From a virus (lineage: Duplodnaviria; Caudoviricetes), in the IMG/VR virus record IMGVR_UViG_3300011008_002712: 64,000 nucleotides of DNA, one strand, 5' to 3'. Every line of letters begins with the position of its first letter. Position 1 is the first letter of the stretch. Shown in pieces: positions 8,296 through 18,007 of this stretch. Below the pieces are notes generated by a model. It ran no database searches. It was given only the letters and a program-made list of their open reading frames with translations, and had not been told where the DNA came from. The position numbers and the translations under genes were made by a program.

Positions 8296-8649
8296 CTACA
8301 GATTCTTTTTATCCCATTCAAACAGATTTTTACAGACAAGTCTATTCATAATCTTTTTGCACTGCTCATACTCTTCTTTTCCACAGAAATGAGGCTGTCC
8401 AAAACACTCATCTAGAAGTTTAAAACTCTCTATTTCGAGAGTCTTTTTGTTAATTATAATAGAAAATGAAATCGGATACTGATCACTCGTGTGAAGCATC
8501 CTTATAAAGTAAAGATCTGGCTTGTAGTAATTTGTAAAACCACCTTTCCGAATCAAATTATTAGCAGTAACGCCATCTTTCAGCTTAAAATTTTGGCACA
8601 ACTTACAGAATTCTTTAGAGTGCGAGTGGTTAAGTACAAATACATCCAT
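8296..8649 (-). CDS. Hypothetical protein
   Basis: ORF in a tightly packed minus-strand run. Confidence 0.65.
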   Translation of the reverse strand: MDVFVLNHSHSKEFCKLCQNFKLKDGVTANNLIRKGGFTNYYKPDLYFIRMLHTSDQYPISFSIIINKKTLEIESFKLLDECFGQPHFCGKEEYEQCKKIMNRLVCKNLFEWDKKNL

Positions 8650-8651
8650 AA

Positions 8652-9065
8652 TCAGTCACTCAACTCTCGTTTAAAAAACCACATTTTGAGATCATCATAG
8701 TTTTTAAATTTTTTTACAATACATTTTCCATCCATGTTGTCAAGGCCTATGTATTTGTTGTTATCTTCATCATAGCAGTACATACGGAGACGTTCTGTTT
8801 GTCCTTTGTCTCTGTCCCAAAGATTCATAAAAGCATTCATTCTCACCTTGCTGACTCTTATCGTTTCCATCTTTTTGTCACAGAGAATAGAGATAGCTAC
8901 TTTTAGTGCTATCCCGTGTTTTGGTCCGAAGCAAAGATAATTACCGTCTTCGTCCTTCCAACTTTCCATATCTTTCAGCAAATCTATCGTTTCATCAATA
9001 GTCATGTTAGCACCCTCCTCAAAAATAATCATATTTAGCATATTTGTCATCTCTTTTGCTGTCAT
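8652..9065 (-). CDS. Hypothetical protein
   Basis: ORF with upstream GGAG RBS. Confidence 0.65.
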   Translation of the reverse strand: MTAKEMTNMLNMIIFEEGANMTIDETIDLLKDMESWKDEDGNYLCFGPKHGIALKVAISILCDKKMETIRVSKVRMNAFMNLWDRDKGQTERLRMYCYDEDNNKYIGLDNMDGKCIVKKFKNYDDLKMWFFKRELSD

Positions 9066-9085
9066 GATGCAAAAATCATCTCCGT

Positions 9086-9670
9086 TTATTCTTTCACATT
9101 TGACATTTCAAAAACTGATCCTAAATTTATAAAATCGGCATGTTCTTTTACATGATCCAATAACTCTCTTTGAGTTATATTGTCTTTTACTTCATACACA
9201 TATTCAATATCATCATCTGTGAATATATAAAATAAAAGTTTGCTTCTGGGAAAAGCTGATTTCCCTAAAGTTTTACCTACATCTTCTATCAAATCAATGT
9301 CATCTTCATATGGTCCTTCAATTTTACTTGAAAGATTTCCTAACCAATTAAATGCATAAATTTTGTTTGTTGATTTTTTAGTAAACATAGTAAGTAAATG
9401 ACCTGGCATTGATGAAGGCGATCTATACCACTTCATCAACACTATCCGAGGATTAGCGATTGTGTTGTCATTAGTACATATATCATGCACGATGATGCTG
9501 GCATCGACACAATTCATTTCCTTGGTTTGCACAACATCATCTAAACTTTGAACAAGATTATTATTATTGTCAACACCATCCTTCGGGATAGTATTTTTGA
9601 CTTTGTTTCGTTTACACCAGCTCATAAAATCCCATGGATTTTTATAAAAAATATTTTCTTTATTTTCCAC
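9086..9670 (-). CDS. Hypothetical protein, possible transglutaminase-like Cys-His fold
   Basis: EMNCVDAS...GHLLTMF...YAFNW spacing. Confidence 0.45.
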   Translation of the reverse strand: MENKENIFYKNPWDFMSWCKRNKVKNTIPKDGVDNNNNLVQSLDDVVQTKEMNCVDASIIVHDICTNDNTIANPRIVLMKWYRSPSSMPGHLLTMFTKKSTNKIYAFNWLGNLSSKIEGPYEDDIDLIEDVGKTLGKSAFPRSKLLFYIFTDDDIEYVYEVKDNITQRELLDHVKEHADFINLGSVFEMSNVKE

Positions 9671-9720
9671 TTCTAATAAAATTCTCCAATCTAGTTTTTT
9701 ATAACATCAGATTGTTTTTT

Positions 9721-10038
9721 CTACAATCCAAGATGAAAAACATAAAAATCAACAAGATGATCTAAATTTGATGTCATAGCAATCCTTAGTTTTTGTTTAT
9801 AATGCTGAGATGTTTGGATATAACCAGGTTTTACTATTTTTAACAAATTGTTTTTTCTAACTTTAATATTAAAAATAATTTGATTTATTTCATTGTCTAC
9901 ACGAGTTATTATTATAGAACCATTTTCGCAAAAACGAATATATTTCTTCCTTTTTTTATCCAAAAATCTTACACACATAAATCCATAATAAAAACCATCA
10001 AATATGTTTTCTGTTAAACACAAATCAACTGCTGCCAT
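9721..10038 (-). CDS. Hypothetical protein with C-terminal motif (FYVFHLGL*)
   Basis: ORF track; motif family member. Confidence 0.7.
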   Translation of the reverse strand: MAAVDLCLTENIFDGFYYGFMCVRFLDKKRKKYIRFCENGSIIITRVDNEINQIIFNIKVRKNNLLKIVKPGYIQTSQHYKQKLRIAMTSNLDHLVDFYVFHLGL

Positions 10039-10733
10039 GAGTCTTCCCTAAATAACTTGTCATTAAAATCATAGCAAATTTCGTTATCTTTCAGTATCAA
10101 ATTGTTGATTTCTGTCAACCTGCCTCCATTTACAAAATGCTCTTCAGACGTGCATATCTTTCTTGTATATACATAACATTTTGCATTTAATCTTGTCTTG
10201 GGTATCAATTGACGCAAAACTTCAGAAGTATGTTCTTCAATGATGTGAGTCATGGCAAAATTTAACCTAAACAGATCAGGATGAGAAATGTTTCCAATTT
10301 TATCTGTTGTCCGTGTGTTATAATAAATGACATTACAACAAAAATCTTTGTATTCATCTATCAACAAAGAAAAATCGTCAAGCTTGTCTGTAATAAAAGA
10401 AAGATTTCTGATGTTCCTTAATTCATCATTGGAATATACGGAAAATTTATTTTTCACATATAAAATTTTTACATTCTCTTTATTTAAGAATTTCTCAGTG
10501 TTCTTGTCTTTTTTGACTAGAGGCGTCCTTATGTATACGTCTTTATTTTTTTCTGCTAAACTTTCTAATAAATGAAGTTTAGACAACGGCTCATTGTCTA
10601 TGACTATGATCTTATTTACAAATTGTATGAATTTTTCATATTGATCAAGGAATAATTTATCATTTGAATTTGGCAAATAAACATAGCCAGTCATGTTTGT
10701 TTTTCCAAAAAAGTACATAACTATCACCCACAA
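10014..10733 (-). CDS. Hypothetical protein
   Basis: 239-aa ORF in operon. Confidence 0.65.
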   Translation of the reverse strand: MWVIVMYFFGKTNMTGYVYLPNSNDKLFLDQYEKFIQFVNKIIVIDNEPLSKLHLLESLAEKNKDVYIRTPLVKKDKNTEKFLNKENVKILYVKNKFSVYSNDELRNIRNLSFITDKLDDFSLLIDEYKDFCCNVIYYNTRTTDKIGNISHPDLFRLNFAMTHIIEEHTSEVLRQLIPKTRLNAKCYVYTRKICTSEEHFVNGGRLTEINNLILKDNEICYDFNDKLFREDSWQQLICV

Positions 10734-11086
10734 TCTAAAATTTTTTGTTTATATGACATATATACTTATTACCAAAATTTGGATCATCTTTTTTTGCACA
10801 TACATATTCATAAGTTTCTACATCATTCTTCGATGCTTCAAATTTTTCATCAAATTCTATCCTATGTCCATCTTTATCATACATAGCAAAAAGACTTAAT
10901 GTTTTTGTTTGCTTCATGATTTTTCTCCGTTTTGTTCAGATTGTTTGAGATCATCAAGATTATTTTCACTATCTTTTAAGCGTTTCAATCTTTCATCAAT
11001 CAAGAATTTATCAAAATCATTTTCTCCATTAGCCTTGACAAAACCTCTCTGTTTAAGTTTATCAACTACATCTTTGAAAAACATTC

Positions 11087-11464
11087 TTACCACCTTCTTC
11101 TGCTATGATTATAGCTTTTTATCATGTATTCGTCTATTTTATTTTCTGTCTTACAATTACTGCATACCAAATAAGTCACAGCATAATCAGCATCTCCAAT
11201 AATGTCATCGTCTCCATATCCACAATCACTTTGAATTAGAATACCTTTTCGTGTCTCTTGTTTAATTACTTTCTCAGCATTCTTTATAGGAAAATATTTT
11301 TTGCATTTTTTGCAAAGACAATATTTTTCAAGTTCTTTGTCTAAAATTTTTTCAACCGGTTCAATCCAATCATTCTTGACCTTATAAAGAAACTTGCTTC
11401 TTTTTTCTAGCGGAATCTCTTTCATTGCATTCAAAATGATTTTCACAAATTCTTTTTTTGTCAT
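11087..11464 (-). CDS. Hypothetical zinc-ribbon protein
   Basis: CKKC and CSNC pairs; AAGGA RBS. Confidence 0.65.
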   Translation of the reverse strand: MTKKEFVKIILNAMKEIPLEKRSKFLYKVKNDWIEPVEKILDKELEKYCLCKKCKKYFPIKNAEKVIKQETRKGILIQSDCGYGDDDIIGDADYAVTYLVCSNCKTENKIDEYMIKSYNHSRRRW

Positions 11465-11888
11465 AAACTTTTCCTTTCAAGCAACATATAAAGAAAGAGG
11501 AGATTCTTTCTTAGAATCCCCATGCTTCTTATTCCACCACGCAGCTTTTGACATGCCCAAAGGCATACCATGCGTCACCGGTTTATGTTTCTTGTTGTAT
11601 TTGCGATCTTGACGTTTGATTTTATTTTCAAAACTACTCATCATAAACCTCCTTATAATTATTTGTCATCTGTTTCGTTCAAATTTGCCTTTGGATTTTT
11701 GATGATAATTTTTGCTCTACCAGTTGATTCGCACTCAGCTTTAAAATTCATGAATTCTTCATCTGGCATATCTTTTAATGCCTCTATCACCTCATCAAAC
11801 ACTTCCTGAGACATCATATTGATTCCTCCATAAAAATATATTCATTTTGTTTTCTTTATCATCTACAACATCTTGTCAATGCACAGAT

Positions 11889-12878
11889 TCATGTCTGCTT
11901 TGAGTTTTCTATAGCTTCTATCTCCTGCTGCAATACTTTTATCTCAGCTGTTAAATCCATTGTGTCATTGCTTGTTATTTTATCATATTCTTTTTGATAC
12001 AGCAATGACATCTTTGACAATGTTTCTCTTATTTCTTTTAATAAAATCTTACTCTTGTTGTGGCTAGTCATATTATTCATGTCAATATATTTTTCAGTTA
12101 TATTTAACGTGTTTTCTTGATATATATTGACAAAAGTAGTACATAATCCAATTTGCTCAGGATGCTCTAACAAATATTCGTGCATTTCTTTGCTCATCTT
12201 AACAAGTTTTTTGATATTATTAGCTACACCACCATCTAACTTGTTAATCAATTTTTCTAATGCAATATTATCTTTTTTCATCTTGTCCATCAATAATTTT
12301 GAAAAATCATTCTGCTCTATTTCTATAGCTGGGTTTTTTTCTTCCAATATCTTATAATTAGACAAGAATTTATCAAATAATCTTGAATATCTGTTTATTT
12401 TGTTCGTACCTCCAAGTAATACCAAATATTTATAAAGGATTTTTGTAGATACTATGCATGGCAAGATAGTAAAAAATATCATGATAATAATAGAAACAAA
12501 TGTAATGGGAGAAAAAAATGAATATAACATCAAACATAAAAAAGGCAAAAATGTCAAAATATAGTAACAACCAAGAAATATGTTTTTCTTTTTCCTCAAT
12601 TTCAATACTTTAACACAATAGCTATTCCATTCATTAATGCAATCTATCGGATCGCTAAACCATTTTTTTTCACGCAGTATGTTATGCATCTTATCAGAAT
12701 AATTACATTGTACTCTAAAATTTTCTTTATTTGTATATACAAGGCTCAAACCTTTTCCATCTACTGGACAAACTTCACAAAATGCTACATTATTTTCTTC
12801 AGCAATTTCTTTTAAACTGTCTATGCTCATCATATGTTTTTTATCATTAATAGCAGGCATTTCATCAAACAACATCAT
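11889..12878 (-). CDS. Membrane protein with XpaC-like (5-bromo-4-chloroindolyl phosphate hydrolysis family) C-terminal domain
   Basis: Two transmembrane segments; FVNIYQENTLNITEKY...DTMDLTAEIKVL pattern. Confidence 0.6.
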   Translation of the reverse strand: MMLFDEMPAINDKKHMMSIDSLKEIAEENNVAFCEVCPVDGKGLSLVYTNKENFRVQCNYSDKMHNILREKKWFSDPIDCINEWNSYCVKVLKLRKKKNIFLGCYYILTFLPFLCLMLYSFFSPITFVSIIIMIFFTILPCIVSTKILYKYLVLLGGTNKINRYSRLFDKFLSNYKILEEKNPAIEIEQNDFSKLLMDKMKKDNIALEKLINKLDGGVANNIKKLVKMSKEMHEYLLEHPEQIGLCTTFVNIYQENTLNITEKYIDMNNMTSHNKSKILLKEIRETLSKMSLLYQKEYDKITSNDTMDLTAEIKVLQQEIEAIENSKQT

Positions 12879-13058
12879 TACATATCACCACCTTCTATTT
12901 AATTATAAATTATAATTGCAAAAATGTAAATAGTAAAAATAAATCCTTATAAATTAGATAAAATAAATTATTAATTAAGTAGCAACAAAAGTGCTACTAT
13001 TTAATTAAATTTTTATCGATCATGGCTTTCTCCATTTAATTCGCGTATAAGATTTTTC

Positions 13059-14432
13059 TTATATGCGATTTTTTTCTATTTGTATTTTTCTTTGTTTTAA
13101 TTCTTCTAGATATTCCAATGCTTCTTCTTTATTTACTTCTTCATTATAACTTTCCATATATTCTTTGTGTAAATCAATAATTGGTTGAAATAATTCATTT
13201 TCAAATTGTATTAATAACTCATCATCGAAGTTACACTTATTATAAATTTTTTCTATGTTACCAGGAATTTCATGTTCCAAAGAATATTTTTGATATTCTT
13301 TCGTCTTATTAAAAATTCCAAGATTATACTTAAAGAAAATAGAATCTTTTTCTACTCTAATTATAAAAAGAAACCTTCTATAGCTTTGATCTTTGTTTTC
13401 ATATACCTGTTTATTATCTTCATATTTAGAAATTACTAACTCATCTAAAAAATCTTTATCATTTTGCGGACCACATATAATGTTAACTTCATTGCACAAT
13501 CTCATTCTTCCATATTTTACATTTTGAGAAATATCTTTTGGGAAGATATCGAATATATTATAAATGTTTTCTATGCTTCCCAAATTATTAATTAATGTAT
13601 CACTTCTATAATCATCCCATAGTATGATTGGTTGACCATCATATGAATCAAAAGATATACCCTTAGAATTTATTACAAAGTATTTTTCTTCTTCTTTTAT
13701 AAGATCGGAATGGAAATTTCTAATTAACATCCTTGACAATGATTTGCTTATTAATCCTTTTCCAAATCCACTATTCCCATATACATAATAATTTATTCTT
13801 ACTTTCGGAAGAGGAATGTTCCTTAAAACATATTCTTGCCTCATTCTATTCAACATATTCATATCATCTGAATAGTAATGAGGATATCTTTCTATGACTT
13901 GATTGATTGACATTCCATCATAAAGTACTAATTCTCTAACGCGTCTTTTGCTAGTTTTTGTCATTCTTTTATTTTCATTAATAAAATTATACCTATCTAT
14001 TGATTCTCTAAAATTAAAATTAGATTTTACTTCTGAATCTGAATATAAACATTTCTTTTCATCATTTTCATGAAGTATGTATTTTACATTCTCAACAAAC
14101 CCATTTCTTCCTTTAATAATTTTAATAAAATTTTGCTTAACATTAAACCATCTAGATATAATACTAACTGCTAATGCTCTAGTTGTTAATTCTATTATTA
14201 CATGATAATGTTTTGGCTTTAGCGTATCTTTTTTATGTAATGGATTTTTTATTTCATCTTTTTCTGAATATGTATCTTTGTCATGCAATATATATACATA
14301 CCTTTTTATCATTTTGTGTTCTAATGCTTCTTTTATCTGTTCTTCTGAAAATAATTTTTCTTTTGTTTCTGGATGCTCAACATATTGAGCTATATGAAAC
14401 ATTTTTGCTTTCTGATCTTCGATCATATCCAT
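13059..14432 (-). CDS. Rolling-circle HUH Rep (Rep_2-like) fused to an SF3-type helicase
   Basis: LHDKD...KPKHYHVII (HUH motif 2); VKYILHEN (motif 3); Walker A GNSGFGKG; FDSYDGQPIILWDD (Walker B). Confidence 0.8.
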   Translation of the reverse strand: MDMIEDQKAKMFHIAQYVEHPETKEKLFSEEQIKEALEHKMIKRYVYILHDKDTYSEKDEIKNPLHKKDTLKPKHYHVIIELTTRALAVSIISRWFNVKQNFIKIIKGRNGFVENVKYILHENDEKKCLYSDSEVKSNFNFRESIDRYNFINENKRMTKTSKRRVRELVLYDGMSINQVIERYPHYYSDDMNMLNRMRQEYVLRNIPLPKVRINYYVYGNSGFGKGLISKSLSRMLIRNFHSDLIKEEEKYFVINSKGISFDSYDGQPIILWDDYRSDTLINNLGSIENIYNIFDIFPKDISQNVKYGRMRLCNEVNIICGPQNDKDFLDELVISKYEDNKQVYENKDQSYRRFLFIIRVEKDSIFFKYNLGIFNKTKEYQKYSLEHEIPGNIEKIYNKCNFDDELLIQFENELFQPIIDLHKEYMESYNEEVNKEEALEYLEELKQRKIQIEKNRI

Positions 14433-14452
14433 ATCACCTTTCTAAAATGTCA

Positions 14453-14840
14453 AAAGTATTAGTTTGCTGAAAAAATGTCAGTCTCTTTAAATTGTTGCGA
14501 GAGTATAGCAAGAAGAACAAAGTATTAGTAAGTATTAATTATGAAAATGATACTCACAGAACCCCAGATCACCCGCGACGCGTTAGTACGTATGGAAAAC
14601 ATGTGATAAAAAATGAAAAAGTATAAGAAGTATTAGATTTTTCACATATTTTGTTGCTTTTTTATTCTATTAATAATAGCATCAAAACATATTTAAAAAT
14701 ATCCGAAATATTAGGTTTTTTTAAAATATTAGATGTTTGTGATACAATATTAGAAATATTAGATTTTCTAGAGAAATGCAAAAAGTATTAGAATTTTTTA
14801 TAAAGTATTAGAAATATTAGATTTTCGAAAAGTATTAGAA
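14453..14840. repeat. About 12 dispersed short direct repeats AA[G/A]TATTAG upstream of rep (iteron-like)
   Basis: Copies near 14453, 14519, 14530, 14627, 14706, 14724, 14745, 14754, 14782, 14802, 14812 and 14829. Confidence 0.65.
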
Positions 14841-14880
14841 AAACAAGATACTTTTGCAATAATGATTTTTCATAAAAAAA

Positions 14881-14903
14881 ACTCCAGCTCATATGAGCTG
14901 GAG
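14881..14903 (-). terminator. Intrinsic terminator downstream of tmRNA
   Basis: CTCCAGCTC-ATAT-GAGCTGGAG plus a T-run on the minus strand. Confidence 0.75.
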
Positions 14904-14948
14904 AATTTCTCTTCACTTCCAACAAAATACAATATGATCATACTTTCT

Positions 14949-15278
14949 TGGAAGTGAGGAGAATTGAACTCCTGTCCGAAACAGTTTTAAAACAAACTTT
15001 TATCGTGATAGACTATTTATGTCAGTCAGACGAAGAAACGATTTTCTTAGCATTTGTTGTTCTAACAAAGCTTTGCTTCAAAAACTATCTACGTTTATTT
15101 AAAACTTCAGTGCTCACTCGTAGATGGTGCTTTCTGAAGAGCTGATTGATCGTCAAAGACGATCAGGCAGCAATTGCGTACTCTTCGTTCGCAGTTATTG
15201 TTTTTGTTTGTGCTTAAGCATTTCACCCATGCCACGAAATTTGTTTTTCCACTACCCCGTCGAATCCCTTACACTCCC
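14949..15278 (-). ncRNA. ssrA: tmRNA, tag peptide ANEEYAIAA* (15163-15192)
   Basis: 5' GGGAGTGTAAGGGATTCGACGGGG; 3' GGACAGGAGTTCAATTCTCCTCACTTCCA; G3:U70 pair; ATAACT-GCG resume context. Confidence 0.95.
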
Positions 15279-15279
15279 A

Positions 15280-15397
15280 TGGTGGATAGATCCCTTATCT
15301 GCGTCGTCGATGGATTTTAATCGCATTTCTATGTTCAACTAAAACAAGAGGATATCATTATTTTAGCCTCCCACATAATATGCTAGCAGAACTACCC
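15280..15397 (-). ncRNA. Unidentified ~118-nt structured RNA ending in ACCA, 1 nt upstream of tmRNA
   Basis: 5' GGGUAG pairs with 3' CUAUCC-A-CCA; inner stems UCUGC/GCAGA and CUAAAAUAA/UUGUUUUAG. Confidence 0.55.
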
Positions 15398-15425
15398 ATA
15401 AAAAACTGGAACTTAATACATTTTT

Positions 15426-15454
15426 ATTATAACACATGTCAAGCAATTTGTAAA
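15426..15454 (-). promoter_or_regulatory. Promoter TTTACA-N17-TATAAT (TG-extended) for the ncRNA-tmRNA unit
   Basis: Hexamers with a 17-nt spacer. Confidence 0.75.
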
Positions 15455-15471
15455 CAGTAAATTACAAAAAT

Positions 15472-15828
15472 TCATAGACCATAAGATAAAATTATTTTTT
15501 CTTTAAAAATTTCTAATTCATCACATAATTCTTTATAAACATCTTTTGTTATTTGTTTTTTACATCCAATCTCATTAACAAGTTTAAAAAACTCATTAGA
15601 TATATTGTGCTTACTTTTCAAGTAATTAGACGCGTAGAATAACTTAAAAAACAATCCATTCCTGTATTTGTAAAAAATACAAAATCGTTGCACTGGCAAA
15701 ATGGCATGTTTTTTATTTGTTTTTCTAATCGTCGTATTTTTATCATCTACACGTGTATAACGAAAATAAAAATTTTCGCTTCCATGATAAATTTTTTTCA
15801 ACGGAATAGGTTCTTCATACTTTCCCAT
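15472..15828 (-). CDS. Hypothetical protein with C-terminal motif (KIILSYGL*)
   Basis: ORF track; motif family member. Confidence 0.7.
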   Translation of the reverse strand: MGKYEEPIPLKKIYHGSENFYFRYTRVDDKNTTIRKTNKKHAILPVQRFCIFYKYRNGLFFKLFYASNYLKSKHNISNEFFKLVNEIGCKKQITKDVYKELCDELEIFKEKIILSYGL

Positions 15829-16366
15829 TAAATTGTACCATTCTTTCGTAATTATCTAAATGATTAATAACTTGTTTAGCATATTGTAATATATTAGGAA
15901 TTTGAGTTTGTTCTTCTTGTGTAAAATCACTTAGAACATAATCATATGGATCTTGTTTTTCTGGTCTTCCGATACCGAATTTGATCTGAGTAAATCTATT
16001 ACTAGATAACTCTTCCATAATAGATTTGATTCCGTTATGTCCACCATGTTGTTTACTTTTTTTAACACGTAATGTATTAAATGGAAGATCTAAATCGTCT
16101 CTAGCTACAAAAATATATGGTGATATGATTTTGTAATGATCTGCGATTTCTTTTACTGCTTTGCCCGAGTTATTCATAAATGTAGTTGGCTTTACTAAAA
16201 TCACTAATTCATTATTAATTAATGTTTCTTGATATAATGATTGATATCCAGTTTTCCACTCATTTTGAGCTAACGTGTCTAAAAACATCCAGCCGATATT
16301 ATGTCTGTTTTTTAAAAATTTTTCTTCTGGATTGCCAAGACCAACAATCATCCTCATTAAAATCAT
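15815..16366 (-). CDS. pth: Peptidyl-tRNA hydrolase
   Basis: IVGLGNP...RHNIGW; KPTTFMNNSG; DDLDLP; HGGHNGIKS; GIGRP. Confidence 0.95.
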   Translation of the reverse strand: MILMRMIVGLGNPEEKFLKNRHNIGWMFLDTLAQNEWKTGYQSLYQETLINNELVILVKPTTFMNNSGKAVKEIADHYKIISPYIFVARDDLDLPFNTLRVKKSKQHGGHNGIKSIMEELSSNRFTQIKFGIGRPEKQDPYDYVLSDFTQEEQTQIPNILQYAKQVINHLDNYERMVQFNGKV

Positions 16367-16407
16367 CCTTTCTTATTAATTTTAACACACCAAAACAAAA
16401 AAGTAAA

Positions 16408-16794
16408 CTACATTAATTGCTTAAATATATCATGTATGTATTTGCTATTATTTTTAATGATACGTAATACATCTTCGTAATATTTTGTTAATAGGAGTTC
16501 ACAAGATACTGCCAATAACAAACAACCAACATTTTTTTTGATTGCTTTATATGTATCAGCAGAAAATGTTCTTCTGTATATGTTTTTGTCATAAAAATCT
16601 AATGATATCGTATTAGATTGTTTATAAACATTAATTGAGAGTTTCTTATATATGACAATGGAAAACTTATTTTCATAGATATACAAACGTTGTTTCGTAT
16701 TGACAGTATATTTCATAATTAATCCCTCCTTATCTATTAGATAAATAAATAACATCATTACTGTATATAAACTTGGAGGTATATCACATGTCAA
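16408..16794 (-). CDS. Hypothetical protein (probable start MKYTVN after GGAGG)
   Basis: ORF track, RBS. Confidence 0.55.
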   Translation of the reverse strand: MTCDIPPSLYTVMMLFIYLIDKEGLIMKYTVNTKQRLYIYENKFSIVIYKKLSINVYKQSNTISLDFYDKNIYRRTFSADTYKAIKKNVGCLLLAVSCELLLTKYYEDVLRIIKNNSKYIHDIFKQLM

Positions 16795-17273
16795 TATTTA
16801 GTGATGCAAAAGCAGATCAATTTGTGTATGATGAAAATTACGACTATATTAACAACAAAGAAAAAAAGACTATTGTTGAACCAATTGTAGCATATAAAGT
16901 CCATGAAACTTTTGAAGTAGCAAGTGATAGGAATACTTATGGACCATTTAATTCTTTGGTAAACAAATTAATGGATGCTATAAAGAAACAAGTAAAGCTT
17001 GATCAGTTTGATGAAACAAAGTATAATGAAGATACATATAAGAATTTATTCGTAGATTTTCAAAATGCTGCTCTTGAAATGATCAAAGAAAAATTTGATA
17101 ATTTTGGATACGGAGAAGCTTCAAAAATTGAAGCAACAAAGGAAGATTTTATTGTCTATCACAATAATCCAAATTATAGCGGTGGTCCCATTGCTGGGAA
17201 AAATTATGATATTGTGGAAAAAGCTACTGAAGGTACTGAAGGTAGCGGAGACCCCCTCGAACCAGAAGGTTAA
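16773..17273 (+). CDS. Hypothetical acidic protein (start probably MSIFSD)
   Basis: GGAGG RBS; followed by a bidirectional terminator. Confidence 0.75.
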   Translation: MEVYHMSIFSDAKADQFVYDENYDYINNKEKKTIVEPIVAYKVHETFEVASDRNTYGPFNSLVNKLMDAIKKQVKLDQFDETKYNEDTYKNLFVDFQNAALEMIKEKFDNFGYGEASKIEATKEDFIVYHNNPNYSGGPIAGKNYDIVEKATEGTEGSGDPLEPEG

Positions 17274-17305
17274 TAAAAAGCTGCTCTTAATGAGCAGCTT
17301 TTTTA
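17274..17305. terminator. Bidirectional intrinsic terminator
   Basis: AAAAAGCTGCTC-TTAAT-GAGCAGCTTTTT between convergent genes. Confidence 0.8.
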
Positions 17306-17665
17306 TGCTGTTTCCAAAAATTTTGATCTTATATACAAAAGATTTATGTCTTTGATATCTTCGTCATTGTTTTCTCTAATACAGTAATTTGATAAAATTT
17401 CTTTAATATGCGGTGAGTAATGCTCATAGTATTTGCTTAATTCATTCATTTTGCAAAATTCAACTCCAAGCTGAACCATCACGAAATCAAATGATTTTTG
17501 TAAATCTTCTAATGTTTTGATGGGAGTAGATACTATAACATTGCATAAATGTTGTTCGTGCATAAATAAATCAAAATTCAAGAAAGTGTTGATTGAAAAT
17601 AAATCGTTATTATTTTTTGTTGAAATGATAAGGTTAAATTCATCAAAAGGTAGTTCTTGGTTCAT
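17303..17665 (-). CDS. Hypothetical protein
   Basis: ORF track. Confidence 0.6.
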   Translation of the reverse strand: MNQELPFDEFNLIISTKNNNDLFSINTFLNFDLFMHEQHLCNVIVSTPIKTLEDLQKSFDFVMVQLGVEFCKMNELSKYYEHYSPHIKEILSNYCIRENNDEDIKDINLLYIRSKFLETA

Positions 17666-17666
17666 G

Positions 17667-17957
17667 TTAAAATCCTCTTTCTACTGCATATGCATTATCA
17701 TAATCTTCAAAAGCATCTTTTAGACAGCGATATCTATGTACATTAAATGAAAAAAAATTATTTTCTGTATATAATACAGAGAAATCATATTGATTTTTCA
17801 TAATTAATATCACGGTGAGATTACAAAAACATCGTCCTGCTAATATAACGCAATCTTTAAATTTATTTTGCAATAACATAAAATCTTGCATTGTTAAGTC
17901 TTTAAGTTTCATTGTGTTCTCCTTTCTGTTTATTTTAGACAAAATATGCAAAATCAA
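17667..17957 (-). CDS. Hypothetical protein, weak C-terminal motif (AYAVERGF*)
   Basis: ORF track; probable start MKLKDL after AGGAG. Confidence 0.6.
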   Translation of the reverse strand: MILHILSKINRKENTMKLKDLTMQDFMLLQNKFKDCVILAGRCFCNLTVILIMKNQYDFSVLYTENNFFSFNVHRYRCLKDAFEDYDNAYAVERGF

Positions 17958-18007
17958 AAAGGAGAGGAATTTAATTCCTCTCCTTCAAATGTTTAGATAT
18001 GGTTGTC

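Noticed and set aside
14948-15342. Plus-strand ORFs 14948..15145 and 15124..15342
   Set aside because: Antisense to tmRNA
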